Positions 1 to 8,875 of a stretch of DNA of 58,734 bases are shown one piece after another. This DNA is from Gammaproteobacteria bacterium (lineage in GTDB: Bacteria > Pseudomonadota > Gammaproteobacteria > Steroidobacterales > PWYM01). A program made the translations under genes and the position numbers. The stretch's first letter is position 1, and each line of letters opens with the position of its first letter. The notes beneath the pieces were generated by a model that was not told the origin of the DNA, did no database searches, and worked only from the letters and a program-made list of their open reading frames with translations. The DNA lies in the NCBI GenBank assembly GCA_020832005.1, contig JAFIFN010000005.1:1-58734 (forward strand). The letters run 5' to 3'.

Positions 1-1048
1 CAGGCCCAGCAGCGCCAACGCCGTGGGCGCGATGTCCAGCAGGCTGGGGGCGCGGGCGCCGGCGGCCGCGCCCCCCCCCCCCCCCGCGGGGCCCCCGCCC
101 CCGGGCGCGGTGGTGCCCGGCCCGGCCCACCGGGGGGGCGCCGCCGCCCTCGGCCAGCTGGTGCACCGTCTCCAGATACAGGCGAATGGCCGCCTCAATC
201 TCGGCTTCGGTGACGGTAATGAAGTCATCGACCAGCGCACGCAGCAGCGACATCGTGTAGCTCACCGGCACGCGGCTCGCCAGGCCGTCAGCGATTGTCG
301 GTGCGGCTGCAAATGCACGATTCTCGCCACTGTGCCAGGCGTGATGGAACGCGGGCGCATTCTCTGCCTGGACAGCAATGATGCGTGTTGCGGGGCTGAG
401 CTTGCGGGCCACCAGCGCCGTTCCGGCAGCGAGGCTGCCGCCGCCCACAGGCACGATAAGGGTCGAAAACGGCCGGGAGACCTGGCGGATCATCTCCAGC
501 GCGACTGTGCCCTGGCCGGCCACGATGGCCTGGTGTCGTGCCGGATGCACACACAGGCGCTGGTGTTGCCGCGCATAGCGCGCAGCGGCATCCCAGGCGG
601 CGTCGAAGTCATGCCCTTGTTCCATGAGCTGCGCGCCGGTCGCGCGCATGGCCTCATTTTTTCCCGGATTGTTGCCACGAGGGACGAAAATCGTGCACTG
701 CGCACCATACAGTGCCGCGGCGCGCGCCAGCGACTGGCCAAAGTTGCCGCGTGTCGCCGTGACCAGACCACGCGCGCGAACTTCGGGAGAAAGACCGGCG
801 AGAAAGTTCAACGTGCCGCGAATCTTGAACGAGCCGACCGGCTGGGCGTTCTCCAGTTTGACCCACAGGTCGCATCCGGCCCGCTCATTGAGCAGCGGAT
901 GGCGGATCAGCGGTGTGGGTGTGAGCCAGGCGGCAATGACATCTGCGGCGGCCTCGACATCGGCGAACGCGGGTTCCGGGTCACCATGCCCAGGCTCCGC
1001 GCCCCAGTCGGTCGCGGCAAGTTCGGCCGGCAAGCCTGCATCGATCAT
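1..1048 (-). CDS. PLP-dependent threonine/serine dehydratase family protein (3' end runs off the window)
   Basis: This gene is absent from the supplied ORF track because it has no stop inside the window. My own minus-strand translation from the ATG at 1048-1046 (GAGG 8 nt upstream) reads MIDAGLPAEL...LIRHPLLNERAGCDLWVKLENAQPVGSFKIRGTLNFL...TLIVPVGGGSLAAG...ETVHQLAEGGGA. SFKIRG is the PLP-lysine motif and GGGSL is the glycine loop of the Trp-synthase-beta-like fold. The + strand ORF 23..1258 is its antisense shadow. Confidence 0.8.
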   Translation of the reverse strand, partial: MIDAGLPAELAATDWGAEPGHGDPEPAFADVEAAADVIAAWLTPTPLIRHPLLNERAGCDLWVKLENAQPVGSFKIRGTLNFLAGLSPEVRARGLVTATRGNFGQSLARAAALYGAQCTIFVPRGNNPGKNEAMRATGAQLMEQGHDFDAAWDAAARYARQHQRLCVHPARHQAIVAGQGTVALEMIRQVSRPFSTLIVPVGGGSLAAGTALVARKLSPATRIIAVQAENAPAFHHAWHSGENRAFAAAPTIADGLASRVPVSYTMSLLRALVDDFITVTEAEIEAAIRLYLETVHQLAEGGGAPPVGRAGHHRARGRGPRGGGGGRGRRRPRPQPAGHRAHGVGAAGP

Positions 1049-1082
1049 GACACTCACCTCTCATTCGGTGACCAATCAGCAC

Positions 1083-1115
1083 AAAAAAAACCCCGCATCG
1101 GAAGCCGGTGCGGGG
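1083..1115 (-). terminator. Rho-independent terminator-like hairpin followed by T8 (read on the minus strand)
   Basis: CCCCGCA (1091-1097) pairs with TGCGGGG (1109-1115), with an inner CGG/CCG extension. On the minus strand the hairpin is followed by eight T (A run 1083-1090 on +). It lies about 190 nt downstream of the stop of the 1308..2024 gene and 35 nt upstream of the dehydratase start. Confidence 0.6.
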
Positions 1116-1263
1116 TTTGTATTCACGTCCAGGGTCTTGCTCAGCCGGACAGCCCGCACCTCTTGGGTCCAAGAAGGAGAAGAAGTACGTGCACGAGACG
1201 GCGGGGCGCAAACACCGCACCGAATCCGACACTTTGGAACGAAATGTTCATCAGTTGATACTG

Positions 1264-1273
1264 TTGTATACAA
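1264..1273. promoter_or_regulatory. TTGTATACAA palindrome, candidate GntR/FadR-type operator
   Basis: Exact 10-bp palindrome TTGTATACAA in the intergenic region, 216-225 nt upstream of the dehydratase start (minus strand). The same 10-mer recurs at 16357, 52326 and, with one mismatch, at 5185, 16293, 16381 and 30852. Confidence 0.35.
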
Positions 1274-1307
1274 CCGGCGATGTCAACCGCTTTGTCTGCC
1301 ACCCGGT

Positions 1308-2024
1308 TCATACCATGGTTTCCAGTGAATCGAGTTCCAGGTGGGCCCGCAGGTTGAAGGCCACCAGCGTCCGTCGCGACTTCGAGAAGCGGATTTCCGC
1401 CATCGCTGCATTGGCGAAGGTCAGGCTCAGATCGAAGATGCGCTCGTCGCTGAGATCCAGAAGTTCGCCGAGGATCATGCAGATCAGCCCGCCCGAGGAG
1501 AACGCCAGCCGCGTCTCACCACCGGCCGCCTGGGCTGTCATCGCCCCCAGGGCGCGCGCTGCACGCGCCCTGGCAGCCGGCCATGGCTCGTGCGAGAGTT
1601 CCGGAAACTCGCCGGAGATCCAGCGTCGCGTCACGACCTCCCAGCGCTTGAAGTACTCACGAATCTGGGCCCGGCGTTGCCCCTCATCCTCGGCCGCCGG
1701 GATGTTCAGCCCGCCATTGCCCGAGGCTTCCTCGAGTGCCAGCACGCTCTTCATCACGGCCGGAGCCTGGTGTTCGGCAAGGTCATCAAGTACCTCGTGC
1801 GTCGGCCAGCCAAGCCCGGCTGCACGAAAGGTCGCCGCCGCCGCCACTGCCGTTTCGTGGTGGCGGCGCAGCGGCCCGACATACACCCGGTCGACGCGCG
1901 GGCGCGTGCGAGCCAGGTATTCCCCCAGGCGTTGCGACTGCATCTCACCCTGCCGGGAGAGTCGATCATAGTCGTCGCCGAAGAACGAAGCCTGGCCGTG
2001 ACGCACCAGCAAAAGCGTGCTCAC
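1308..2024 (-). CDS. histidine phosphatase (phosphoglycerate-mutase-like) family protein
   Basis: The N-terminus MSTLLLVRHGQASF carries the RHG catalytic motif of the histidine phosphatase superfamily. GTG start. The start overlaps the stop of the upstream gene (GTGA). Confidence 0.8.
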   Translation of the reverse strand: MSTLLLVRHGQASFFGDDYDRLSRQGEMQSQRLGEYLARTRPRVDRVYVGPLRRHHETAVAAAATFRAAGLGWPTHEVLDDLAEHQAPAVMKSVLALEEASGNGGLNIPAAEDEGQRRAQIREYFKRWEVVTRRWISGEFPELSHEPWPAARARAARALGAMTAQAAGGETRLAFSSGGLICMILGELLDLSDERIFDLSLTFANAAMAEIRFSKSRRTLVAFNLRAHLELDSLETMV

Positions 2025-2989
2025 CGGGTCACCACCACCTTGCCCATGGCGCCCCGTGCGGCCAGCAGCTCAAGCGCCCTGGCGGCATCAGCGAACCCGA
2101 AGCGAGCGCCGACGTGGACCTTCAGCGTGCCCGCGCCGTACATCTCGAGCAGTTCCCGGTGGTTGGCCTGTGCCGCGGCGGGCTCCCGGGCGGTGAAGTT
2201 GCCCCAGAACACGCCGACGATGCTGATGCCCTTGAGCAGCGGCAGGTTCATCGGTACGCGCGGAATCTGCCCGGAAGCAAACCCGATCACCAGCACCCGG
2301 CCGCGCCATGCGGTCGCGCGCAGTGCCTGCTCGAACAGATCGCCGCCGACGGGGTCGTAGACGACATCCACGCCGCGTTTCTTCGTCAGCGCATCGATCT
2401 GGCCACGCAGGTCGTCGTAGCCGATGGCCTCGTGCGCGCCATGGGCCATAGCAAGCTCACGTTTTTCCTGGCTGCTGGCCACGGCGATGACGCGTGCCCC
2501 CACCGCGCGCCCCAGTTCCACGGCCGCCAGACCCACGCCACCCGCGGCACCGAGGACCAGCAGCGTCTCACCGGCCGCAAGTGCGGCACGTTGCTTAAGC
2601 GCATGCCACGACGTCCCATAGGTCAGGATGAAGGCGGCGGCTTCTTCGAACGGCATCTTGTCGGGAATCGGCAGCACCTGGGCCGCCGGCACCATCACCT
2701 GCTCGGCCAGCCCACCATGCCCGCAGAACGCCAGTACCCGCTGGCCCTGTGTCAGTCCGGACACCTGGCTGCCTGTGCGCAGCACCGTGCCTGCAACTTC
2801 GGCGCCGGGCGCGAAGGGCAGTGGCGGCTGCGACTGGTATTTCCCGGCGACCATCAGCACGTCCGGAAAATTGATGCCACAGGCCCTGACCTCGATCACC
2901 ACGTCGCCGGGGCCGGGGGTCGGATCCGGAAGTTCGCCCGCCTCGAGCACATCAGGCGTACCGTGAGCCCTGCATATCATTGCCTTCAT
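2021..2989 (-). CDS. NADPH:quinone oxidoreductase / zinc-type alcohol dehydrogenase-like (MDR) protein
   Basis: MKAMICRAHGTPDVLEAGELPDPTPGPGDVVIEVRACGINFPDVLMVAGKYQ...LVLGAAGGVGLAAVELG (Rossmann AxxGxxG) is typical of the Qor-type MDR family. I chose the start at M6 of the track ORF (ATG 2989, GAGGA upstream). Confidence 0.85.
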   Translation of the reverse strand: MKAMICRAHGTPDVLEAGELPDPTPGPGDVVIEVRACGINFPDVLMVAGKYQSQPPLPFAPGAEVAGTVLRTGSQVSGLTQGQRVLAFCGHGGLAEQVMVPAAQVLPIPDKMPFEEAAAFILTYGTSWHALKQRAALAAGETLLVLGAAGGVGLAAVELGRAVGARVIAVASSQEKRELAMAHGAHEAIGYDDLRGQIDALTKKRGVDVVYDPVGGDLFEQALRATAWRGRVLVIGFASGQIPRVPMNLPLLKGISIVGVFWGNFTAREPAAAQANHRELLEMYGAGTLKVHVGARFGFADAARALELLAARGAMGKVVVTR

Positions 2990-3000
2990 ACAAATATTCC

Positions 3001-3771
3001 TCAAATGCTCTCGCGAATGACCAGACCGCCGTCGGCCACCACACTCTGGCCGCTGACGTAGCGGCCTGCGTCCGAGGCCAGGAAGACCGCGACACCGGCG
3101 ATATCGTCGACCTCGCCGATCCGCCCCAACGGGATGGCCCGTTCGATACGTGCGCGCTGCCGTTCATCCTCCCACAGGGCGCGGGCGAAATCAGTGCGCA
3201 CCAGTCCTGGCGCAATACAGTTCGCGCGAATATTGGCGTGGCCCCATTCGACCGCAAGGTTGCGTGCCAACTGGAAATCCGCCGCCTTGGAAATTGCGTA
3301 GGTGCCGATCAACCGCGTCCCGGTCAGGCCAACAACGCTGGACACGATGATGATACTGCCGTCGCGTCGCTCGGCCATCTGGGGCAGAACCCGATGGGCA
3401 AGGTGCATGTTCGCGCGCACGTTTACGCTCATGATCTTGTCGAATGCCGCGTCGTCGACGTCGCGCATGGAGCCGTAGACGGGATTGGCCGCTGCGTTGC
3501 ACACCAGGGTGTCGATGCGTCCCCAGGTCTCCAGCGTCTGGTCAATCAGCCGGTCTCGTTCTTCGGCACGTCCCACGTTGCACGGGACTACGATGGCTTC
3601 GCCACCGGCATCAAGGATGCCGCGTACCACCGGTTCGCAACTCTCTCGTGTGCGGCTTGAAATCACCACGCGCGCGCCATGAGCCGCGAGCTGCTCTGCG
3701 ATGGCACGACCGATGCCGCGGCTGGAGCCGGTGATCACGGCCACCTTGCCGCCCAGGTCGAATAAGCCCAT
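3001..3771 (-). CDS. short-chain dehydrogenase/reductase (SDR)
   Basis: [25 protein letters not shown] (TGxxxGxG) plus a YxxxK context (YAISKAA). Start moved to M35 of track ORF 3001..3873 (ATG 3771, GAGGAG upstream). Confidence 0.9.
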   Translation of the reverse strand: MGLFDLGGKVAVITGSSRGIGRAIAEQLAAHGARVVISSRTRESCEPVVRGILDAGGEAIVVPCNVGRAEERDRLIDQTLETWGRIDTLVCNAAANPVYGSMRDVDDAAFDKIMSVNVRANMHLAHRVLPQMAERRDGSIIIVSSVVGLTGTRLIGTYAISKAADFQLARNLAVEWGHANIRANCIAPGLVRTDFARALWEDERQRARIERAIPLGRIGEVDDIAGVAVFLASDAGRYVSGQSVVADGGLVIRESI

Positions 3772-3872
3772 GTTCTGCTCCTCGTGTCGCCTTGCCATTG
3801 GAGACCGGGAGTCTAACCCCTGCATGCTATAGTCCGCGCGTTTGCAAAGGCATCCGTGCGAGGGCAGGGCCA

Positions 3873-5096
3873 ATGGATTTCGAGTACAGCGCCAAGGTGC
3901 ATGAACTGCGGCAGCGGGTGCAGCAATTCATGCTCGACGAGGTTTACCCGGCCGAGTCTGTCTATGCCGCCGAGCTGGCAGCCGCCCGGAGTCGCTGGAG
4001 CATTCCACCGGTCATGGAGGCGCTGAAGGCTCGCGCGCGCAAGGCCGGCCTGTGGAACCTGTTTCTGCCCGAGAGTGAGTACGGCGCGGGCCTGACCAAT
4101 CTTGAATATGCGCCCCTGTGCGAAATCATGGGCCGATCACCGATCGCGCCCGAGGTCTTCAACTGCGCCGCCCCGGATACCGGAAATATGGAAGTGCTGG
4201 TGCGTTACGGCACCGAGCAGCAGAAACGCGACTGGCTGGTGCCGTTGCTTGAGGGCCGAATCCGCTCGGCATTCGCCATGACCGAGCCGGCGGTAGCCTC
4301 CTCGGATGCCACCAATATCGAAGCCGAGATCCGGCGCGAGGGTTCGGACTATGTGCTCAACGGTCGCAAGTGGTGGACCTCCGGGGCCATGGATCCGCGC
4401 TGCGAGATCATGATTTTCATGGGTCGCAGCAATCCGGAGGCCGAGCGCCACGCACAACAGTCGATGATTCTCGTGCCGATGGCCACTGAGGGCGTCAGTG
4501 TCGAGCGGGCACTGACCGTCTTCGGTTATGACGATGCGCCCCATGGGCATGCGGAAGTGAGTTTTCGCAACGTCCGCGTGCCGGCAGAGAATATGCTGCT
4601 GGGCGAAGGACGCGGGTTCGAAATCGCCCAGGGCCGGCTGGGTCCCGGGCGTATCCACCACTGCATGCGACTGATTGGCCTGGCCGAGCGGGCGCTGGAA
4701 CTGATGCTGGCGCGGGTGGAAAGCCGTGTGGCGTTTGGCAAGCCGCTGTCGCGCCACGGCGTCACTGTAGAAAAGATTGCTGAATGCCGCATCGAAATCG
4801 AGCAGGCGCGACTGTTGACCCTCAAGGCCGCCGACATGATGGACAGGCACGGCAATCGTGTCGCCCGCGGCGAGATTGCGATGATCAAGGTCGTCGCGCC
4901 GCGTATGGCGCTGTCGGTGATCGACCGGGCCATCCAGGCGCACGGCGGCGGCGGTGTTGGGCAGGATTTCCCACTGGCGTATTTCTGGGCGCAGGCGCGC
5001 AGTCTGCGGCTCGCGGATGGTCCCGACGAGGTTCACCTGCGCACAATCGGACGCCACGAGCTGTCGCGTCGGCGTGCCGCTGAGGTCCGCAACTAG
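3873..5096 (+). CDS. acyl-CoA dehydrogenase (FadE2/ACAD10-11-like)
   Basis: [20 protein letters not shown]...[20 protein letters not shown]...WWTSGA...[10 protein letters not shown]...QAHGGGG are hallmark blocks of this ACAD subgroup. Start moved to M28 of the track ORF. The gene is divergent from the SDR operon. Confidence 0.9.
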   Translation: MDFEYSAKVHELRQRVQQFMLDEVYPAESVYAAELAAARSRWSIPPVMEALKARARKAGLWNLFLPESEYGAGLTNLEYAPLCEIMGRSPIAPEVFNCAAPDTGNMEVLVRYGTEQQKRDWLVPLLEGRIRSAFAMTEPAVASSDATNIEAEIRREGSDYVLNGRKWWTSGAMDPRCEIMIFMGRSNPEAERHAQQSMILVPMATEGVSVERALTVFGYDDAPHGHAEVSFRNVRVPAENMLLGEGRGFEIAQGRLGPGRIHHCMRLIGLAERALELMLARVESRVAFGKPLSRHGVTVEKIAECRIEIEQARLLTLKAADMMDRHGNRVARGEIAMIKVVAPRMALSVIDRAIQAHGGGGVGQDFPLAYFWAQARSLRLADGPDEVHLRTIGRHELSRRRAAEVRN

Positions 5097-5184
5097 GCGG
5101 TGTTTCCGGCCGTTGCGCTGGCTTTGCACAGCGCCGGATCGAGGCAAGGAGTCGGCTGCGGGGCTTGTTATCATTGGTATGAAA

Positions 5185-5194
5185 TTGTATACAG
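5185..5194. promoter_or_regulatory. TTGTATACAG near-palindrome (one mismatch to TTGTATACAA), orphan site
   Basis: Lies in the 550-nt gene-free gap, 89 nt after the ACAD stop and about 455 nt before the DUF3450 gene. No convincing ORF is nearby. Confidence 0.25.
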
Positions 5195-5646
5195 GTGAAA
5201 TGGAAGACCGGCGGGCTGCGAGGGGGCTGCCGGATCTGCGGATCAAGGCTCATGGAAGAGGGGACGCGAGGTCGGGCGCCAGCATCGGCGGACATTACGG
5301 CCGCGGCAGCGCTGGGGTTGGGCACAAATTATTTGCCAGTTCTGAACAGATTTCGGGCATGCTTGGCGCATGTCGACCTGAAGTCGTGTTTGCTGCAGAT
5401 TACAGATGGTGAACGCTCGTCCGGCGCCCCGGTGGAGTTAAATCGGGATTGACTTGGACTCGTGGAGCCGTTGTAGTAACCGGATGCTGACCGGACAGAT
5501 CGCCAGACGGGTGGAGGCAGGGAAGCCAGGTCATCCTGGAATGGGAACTCCCAAGTCGCGTAGCGAAAATAACCTGAAAGTATTGTCGTTCATGAAAATT
5601 ATGTCTTTGCAGATTCAAAACGAGATGACCGGACCGAGGAGAGTCA

Positions 5647-6423
5647 ATGAAACCCAAGCGTAGGAGTGTGCTCGCTGCCGTCTGCGCTGGCGCGGCGGGA
5701 ACCCTGCTGGTTACTGTTGCGTCCGCACAGAATCTTGATCAGGTGCTGACCCAGGGTGAGCGTAGAATTACGCTGGCCCAGGAATCCCAGCAGCGGGTCG
5801 ACACTATCGTCAACCAGACCCGCAGCCTCACCGACCAGTACCGTCAGATCTCGCGTGAGATCGAGGGCTTGACGGTCTACAACACGCTCCTGGAGCGGCA
5901 GATCCAGCGTCAGGAGGAGCAGAAGACCCAGATCACCAGTTCTATCGAACAGGTGACGGTCATCCAGCGCCAGATCGTGCCATTGATGGATCGCATGATC
6001 TCAGGGCTTGATCAGTTTGTGGCCCTCGACGTGCCGTTTCTAGCCGATGAACGGCGCGAGCGCGTTGATAATCTGCAGAGAATTCTTGAACGCCAGGATG
6101 TCAGCGTAGCCGAGAAGTTTCGCCGCGTGATGGAGTCCTACCAGATCGAGAATGAGTACGGTCGCACCATCGAGTATTACAAAGGCTCGCTGGAAGTCGA
6201 TGGCGTCGAGCGCGAGGTGGACTTCCTCAGAATCGGCCGTGTGGCTCTGGTCTACCAGACCAGTGATGGTCAGACCCAGGGCGTCTGGGATCAGCGCGCC
6301 GGGCAGTGGGTATCGCTGGGCAGCGACTACCGCAACCGCATCCGTCAGGGCCTGCGTGTCGCGCGGCGCCAGATCGCGCCTGAACTGCTGATGATGCCTA
6401 TCGCCGCTCCGGAGGACATCTGA
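5647..6423 (+). CDS. DUF3450-like coiled-coil periplasmic protein (TtpB-like component of TonB2-type systems)
   Basis: Signal peptide MKPKRRSVLAAVCAGAAGTLLVTVASAQ, then a heptad-rich region (QESQQRVDTIVNQTRSLTDQYRQISREIEGL...). AGGAGAG RBS. First gene of the six-gene order known for Vibrio TonB2 clusters. Confidence 0.7.
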   Translation: MKPKRRSVLAAVCAGAAGTLLVTVASAQNLDQVLTQGERRITLAQESQQRVDTIVNQTRSLTDQYRQISREIEGLTVYNTLLERQIQRQEEQKTQITSSIEQVTVIQRQIVPLMDRMISGLDQFVALDVPFLADERRERVDNLQRILERQDVSVAEKFRRVMESYQIENEYGRTIEYYKGSLEVDGVEREVDFLRIGRVALVYQTSDGQTQGVWDQRAGQWVSLGSDYRNRIRQGLRVARRQIAPELLMMPIAAPEDI

Positions 6424-6425
6424 CC

Positions 6426-7814
6426 ATGAAACTGAAACTCTTCATGGCGGCGATGGCCGCCGTATTCCTGCTTGGGACGATGGTGCCGACGCAGGCCCAG
6501 GGGCAGGCCCGCAGCCTGGATGAACTGCTGCGACTGGTCGAGCAGGGCCGGGCACGCGACTCTGAAGAAGCGCGTCAGCGCGAACGCGAGTTCGAGGCCC
6601 AGCGTGGCGAGCAGGAACGTCTGCTGCGCGAGGCCCGTGCCACGCAGCAGCGCGAGGAGCGCCGCAGCGAAACCCTCGAGGGCCGTTTTGGCGAGAACGA
6701 GCAGGAGATCTCGCGTCTCAACGCAGCCCTCAATGAAAGCCTCGGTGAGTTGCGTGAGCTGTTCGGCGTCGTCCAGCTGATCGCAGGCGATGCCGCCAGC
6801 CAGTTCGACAATTCGCTGACCGCAATCCAGTACCCGGATCGGCGCGACTTCCTGCTCGGCCTGGCCGAGCGCATGGGCCAGACCGCCCGCATCGCCTCGG
6901 TCGAGGAAATCGAGCGGCTGTGGTTCGAACTGCAGCGCGAAGCCACGGAACTGGGCAAGGTCGCGCGCATGCCCATGGAAGTGGTCTCCAGCGACGGCAA
7001 TCGTGAAACCCGCGATGTTGTCCGCGTCGGTGCCTTCAACCTGATCTCTGACGGCAAGTACCTGTCTTATGAACCGGCAACGCGCAGTGTCAGTGAGCTG
7101 GTTCGTCAGCCCGATCAACGCCGTTTCATCAACAGCACCTCGCGGCTGGTCAACGCCAGCGATGGATTCACTGCATTCGGGCTGGACCCGACCCGCGGCC
7201 AGATCCTGGGACTGTTGATCGAGCAGCCCACGCTGCGTGAGCGTGTGCAGCAGGGTGCCGAAATCGGTTACCTGATCATCGCGTTGGGTATCCTGGGTCT
7301 GCTGCTGGCCATCGAGCGTCTGATCACTCTGGGATTGATCAGCAGCAAAGTCTCCCGTCAGCTCAAGAGTGCTGAGCCCAGCGATGACAACCCGCTTGGC
7401 CGGGTGCTGAAGGTCTACCACAACAACAAGAAGGTGGACACCGAGACCCTGGAGCTCAAGCTGGGCGAGGCCATCATCAAGGAGACGCCACGGCTGCAGC
7501 GCTTCCTGCTGTTCCTGAAGATCATCTCCGTGGTGGCACCGCTGATGGGACTGCTCGGAACCGTCACCGGCATGATCCAGACCTTCCAGGCGATCACGCT
7601 GTTTGGCACGGGCGACCCGACCCTCATGGCTGGCGGTATCTCGCAGGCCCTGGTCACCACGGTGCTCGGTCTTGTCGTGGCGATTCCCATCGTGCTGCTC
7701 CACACGGTCGTCAGCGGCCGCAGCAAGCGCATTATTCATGTGCTCAACGAGCAGAGCGCCGGTATCGTCGCCGAACATTCGGAGCGCGAACACAGCAAGG
7801 GGGCGGCGGCCTGA
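6426..7814 (+). CDS. long MotA/TolQ/ExbB proton-channel family protein (TtpC-like)
   Basis: 462 aa. It has a signal/TM segment, a charged coiled-coil region (EEARQREREFEAQRGEQERLLREA) and a C-terminal ExbB-type channel block (PLMGLLGTVTGMIQTFQAI...GISQALVTTVLGLVVAIP). Confidence 0.8.
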   Translation: MKLKLFMAAMAAVFLLGTMVPTQAQGQARSLDELLRLVEQGRARDSEEARQREREFEAQRGEQERLLREARATQQREERRSETLEGRFGENEQEISRLNAALNESLGELRELFGVVQLIAGDAASQFDNSLTAIQYPDRRDFLLGLAERMGQTARIASVEEIERLWFELQREATELGKVARMPMEVVSSDGNRETRDVVRVGAFNLISDGKYLSYEPATRSVSELVRQPDQRRFINSTSRLVNASDGFTAFGLDPTRGQILGLLIEQPTLRERVQQGAEIGYLIIALGILGLLLAIERLITLGLISSKVSRQLKSAEPSDDNPLGRVLKVYHNNKKVDTETLELKLGEAIIKETPRLQRFLLFLKIISVVAPLMGLLGTVTGMIQTFQAITLFGTGDPTLMAGGISQALVTTVLGLVVAIPIVLLHTVVSGRSKRIIHVLNEQSAGIVAEHSEREHSKGAAA

Positions 7815-7852
7815 GGCCGTCGCTTTCCTCGTCATTACTCAAGAGGTAGTCC

Positions 7853-8380
7853 ATGCAACTACTGATTGATCTGTACGAGCCAATTCGCGACTTCCTGGAA
7901 CTGGGAGGGGACGTATTGGTCGTAATAGGGTGGACGATCTTCTTCATGTGGGTCCTGATCCTGGAACGGTTCATGTTTTTCCGTTCGAGGCTCAAGGAGC
8001 TTTCGCAGGAGGTCTTTCGCAAGTGGGAAGCGCGCCCGGAGCGCCGGTCCTGGGAAGCAGGCCGCATCCGCGAGGCCATGGTATCGGAGGTCAGGATTGC
8101 GGCAAATGCCGGGCTACCGATGATCAAGACCCTTGTGGCTGTGTGTCCGCTGCTGGGCCTGCTTGGCACGGTGACCGGCATGATCGAGGTATTCGATGTG
8201 ATGGCCGTGACCGGTACCGGTAACGCCAGGGCCATGGCGGCAGGTGTTTCGAAGGCGACGGTGCCGACGATGGCCGGCATGGTCGGCGCGCTGTCCGGAG
8301 TGCTTTTTGCCACCATTCTGTCCAACCGCGCGAATCGCGAGATTGCATTGCTCGAAGACGAGCTCACGATGGATCACTGA
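7853..8380 (+). CDS. exbB: ExbB/TolQ family proton channel
   Basis: 175 aa with CPLLGLLGTVTGMIEVFDVM...AAGVSKATVPTMAGMVGALSG, the MotA/TolQ/ExbB signature. Confidence 0.85.
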   Translation: MQLLIDLYEPIRDFLELGGDVLVVIGWTIFFMWVLILERFMFFRSRLKELSQEVFRKWEARPERRSWEAGRIREAMVSEVRIAANAGLPMIKTLVAVCPLLGLLGTVTGMIEVFDVMAVTGTGNARAMAAGVSKATVPTMAGMVGALSGVLFATILSNRANREIALLEDELTMDH

Positions 8381-8391
8381 GGCTAACTATC

Positions 8392-8802
8392 ATGCGCAGA
8401 GGTTTCGCTGGTGCGGGAAGCGAGGAAGAGGAAAACGAGATCAACATCACGCCGATGCTTGACGTCGTTTTCATCATGTTGATTTTCTTCATCGTTACCG
8501 CCTCGTTCGTCAAGGAAGCCGGTATCGACGTCAATCGTCCCGACGCCGACACCGCCGTGCGTCAGGAGCGTGCAAATATCCTGATCGCGATTTCCGACAC
8601 GAATGAAATCTGGATCGATCGACGGCAGGTGGACCCACGGGCCCTGCGTGCGAATATCGAACGTCTGCACGCCGAGAATCCCGAAGGTTCGGTGGTGATT
8701 CAGGCTGACAGGGCCTCGGTCACCGAGACGCTGATCAAGGTCATGGATGCTGCGCGCCAGGCAGGCGTTTACAACGTTTCGATTGCGGCGGACGAAACCT
8801 GA
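8392..8802 (+). CDS. exbD: ExbD/TolR family protein
   Basis: 136 aa. INITPMLDVVFIMLIFFIVTASF is the typical ExbD N-terminal TM segment with the conserved Asp. It is followed by a periplasmic domain. Confidence 0.85.
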   Translation: MRRGFAGAGSEEEENEINITPMLDVVFIMLIFFIVTASFVKEAGIDVNRPDADTAVRQERANILIAISDTNEIWIDRRQVDPRALRANIERLHAENPEGSVVIQADRASVTETLIKVMDAARQAGVYNVSIAADET

Positions 8803-8875
8803 TGATGCGTGGTCGGATTGCCGGGCATTCCAGGCCGCGCGTCCGTCCGCGTACTCCCACCAGGAGGAGTGAGTC

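Noticed and set aside
23-1258. 411-aa + strand ORF (and 624..1328) covering the left end
   Set aside because: The translation is Ala/Pro/Arg/Gly-rich with no recognisable motif. The opposite strand encodes a clean PLP-dehydratase with the SFKIRG and GGGSL motifs. These are typical antisense shadow ORFs of a high-GC gene.
5400-5560. Possible cobalamin or other riboswitch in the leader of the TonB cluster
   Set aside because: I looked for the B12 box, the GCCACTG core and the TPP/FMN/glycine hallmark strings and could not find them. Only vague resemblance remains. A covariance-model search (Rfam cmscan) would be needed to settle this.
6345-7835. 496-aa minus-strand ORF opposite the TtpC-like gene
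   Set aside because: Its composition is low-complexity (Q/A/D/G/R-rich) and the + strand product carries clear ExbB-type channel motifs. It is an antisense shadow.
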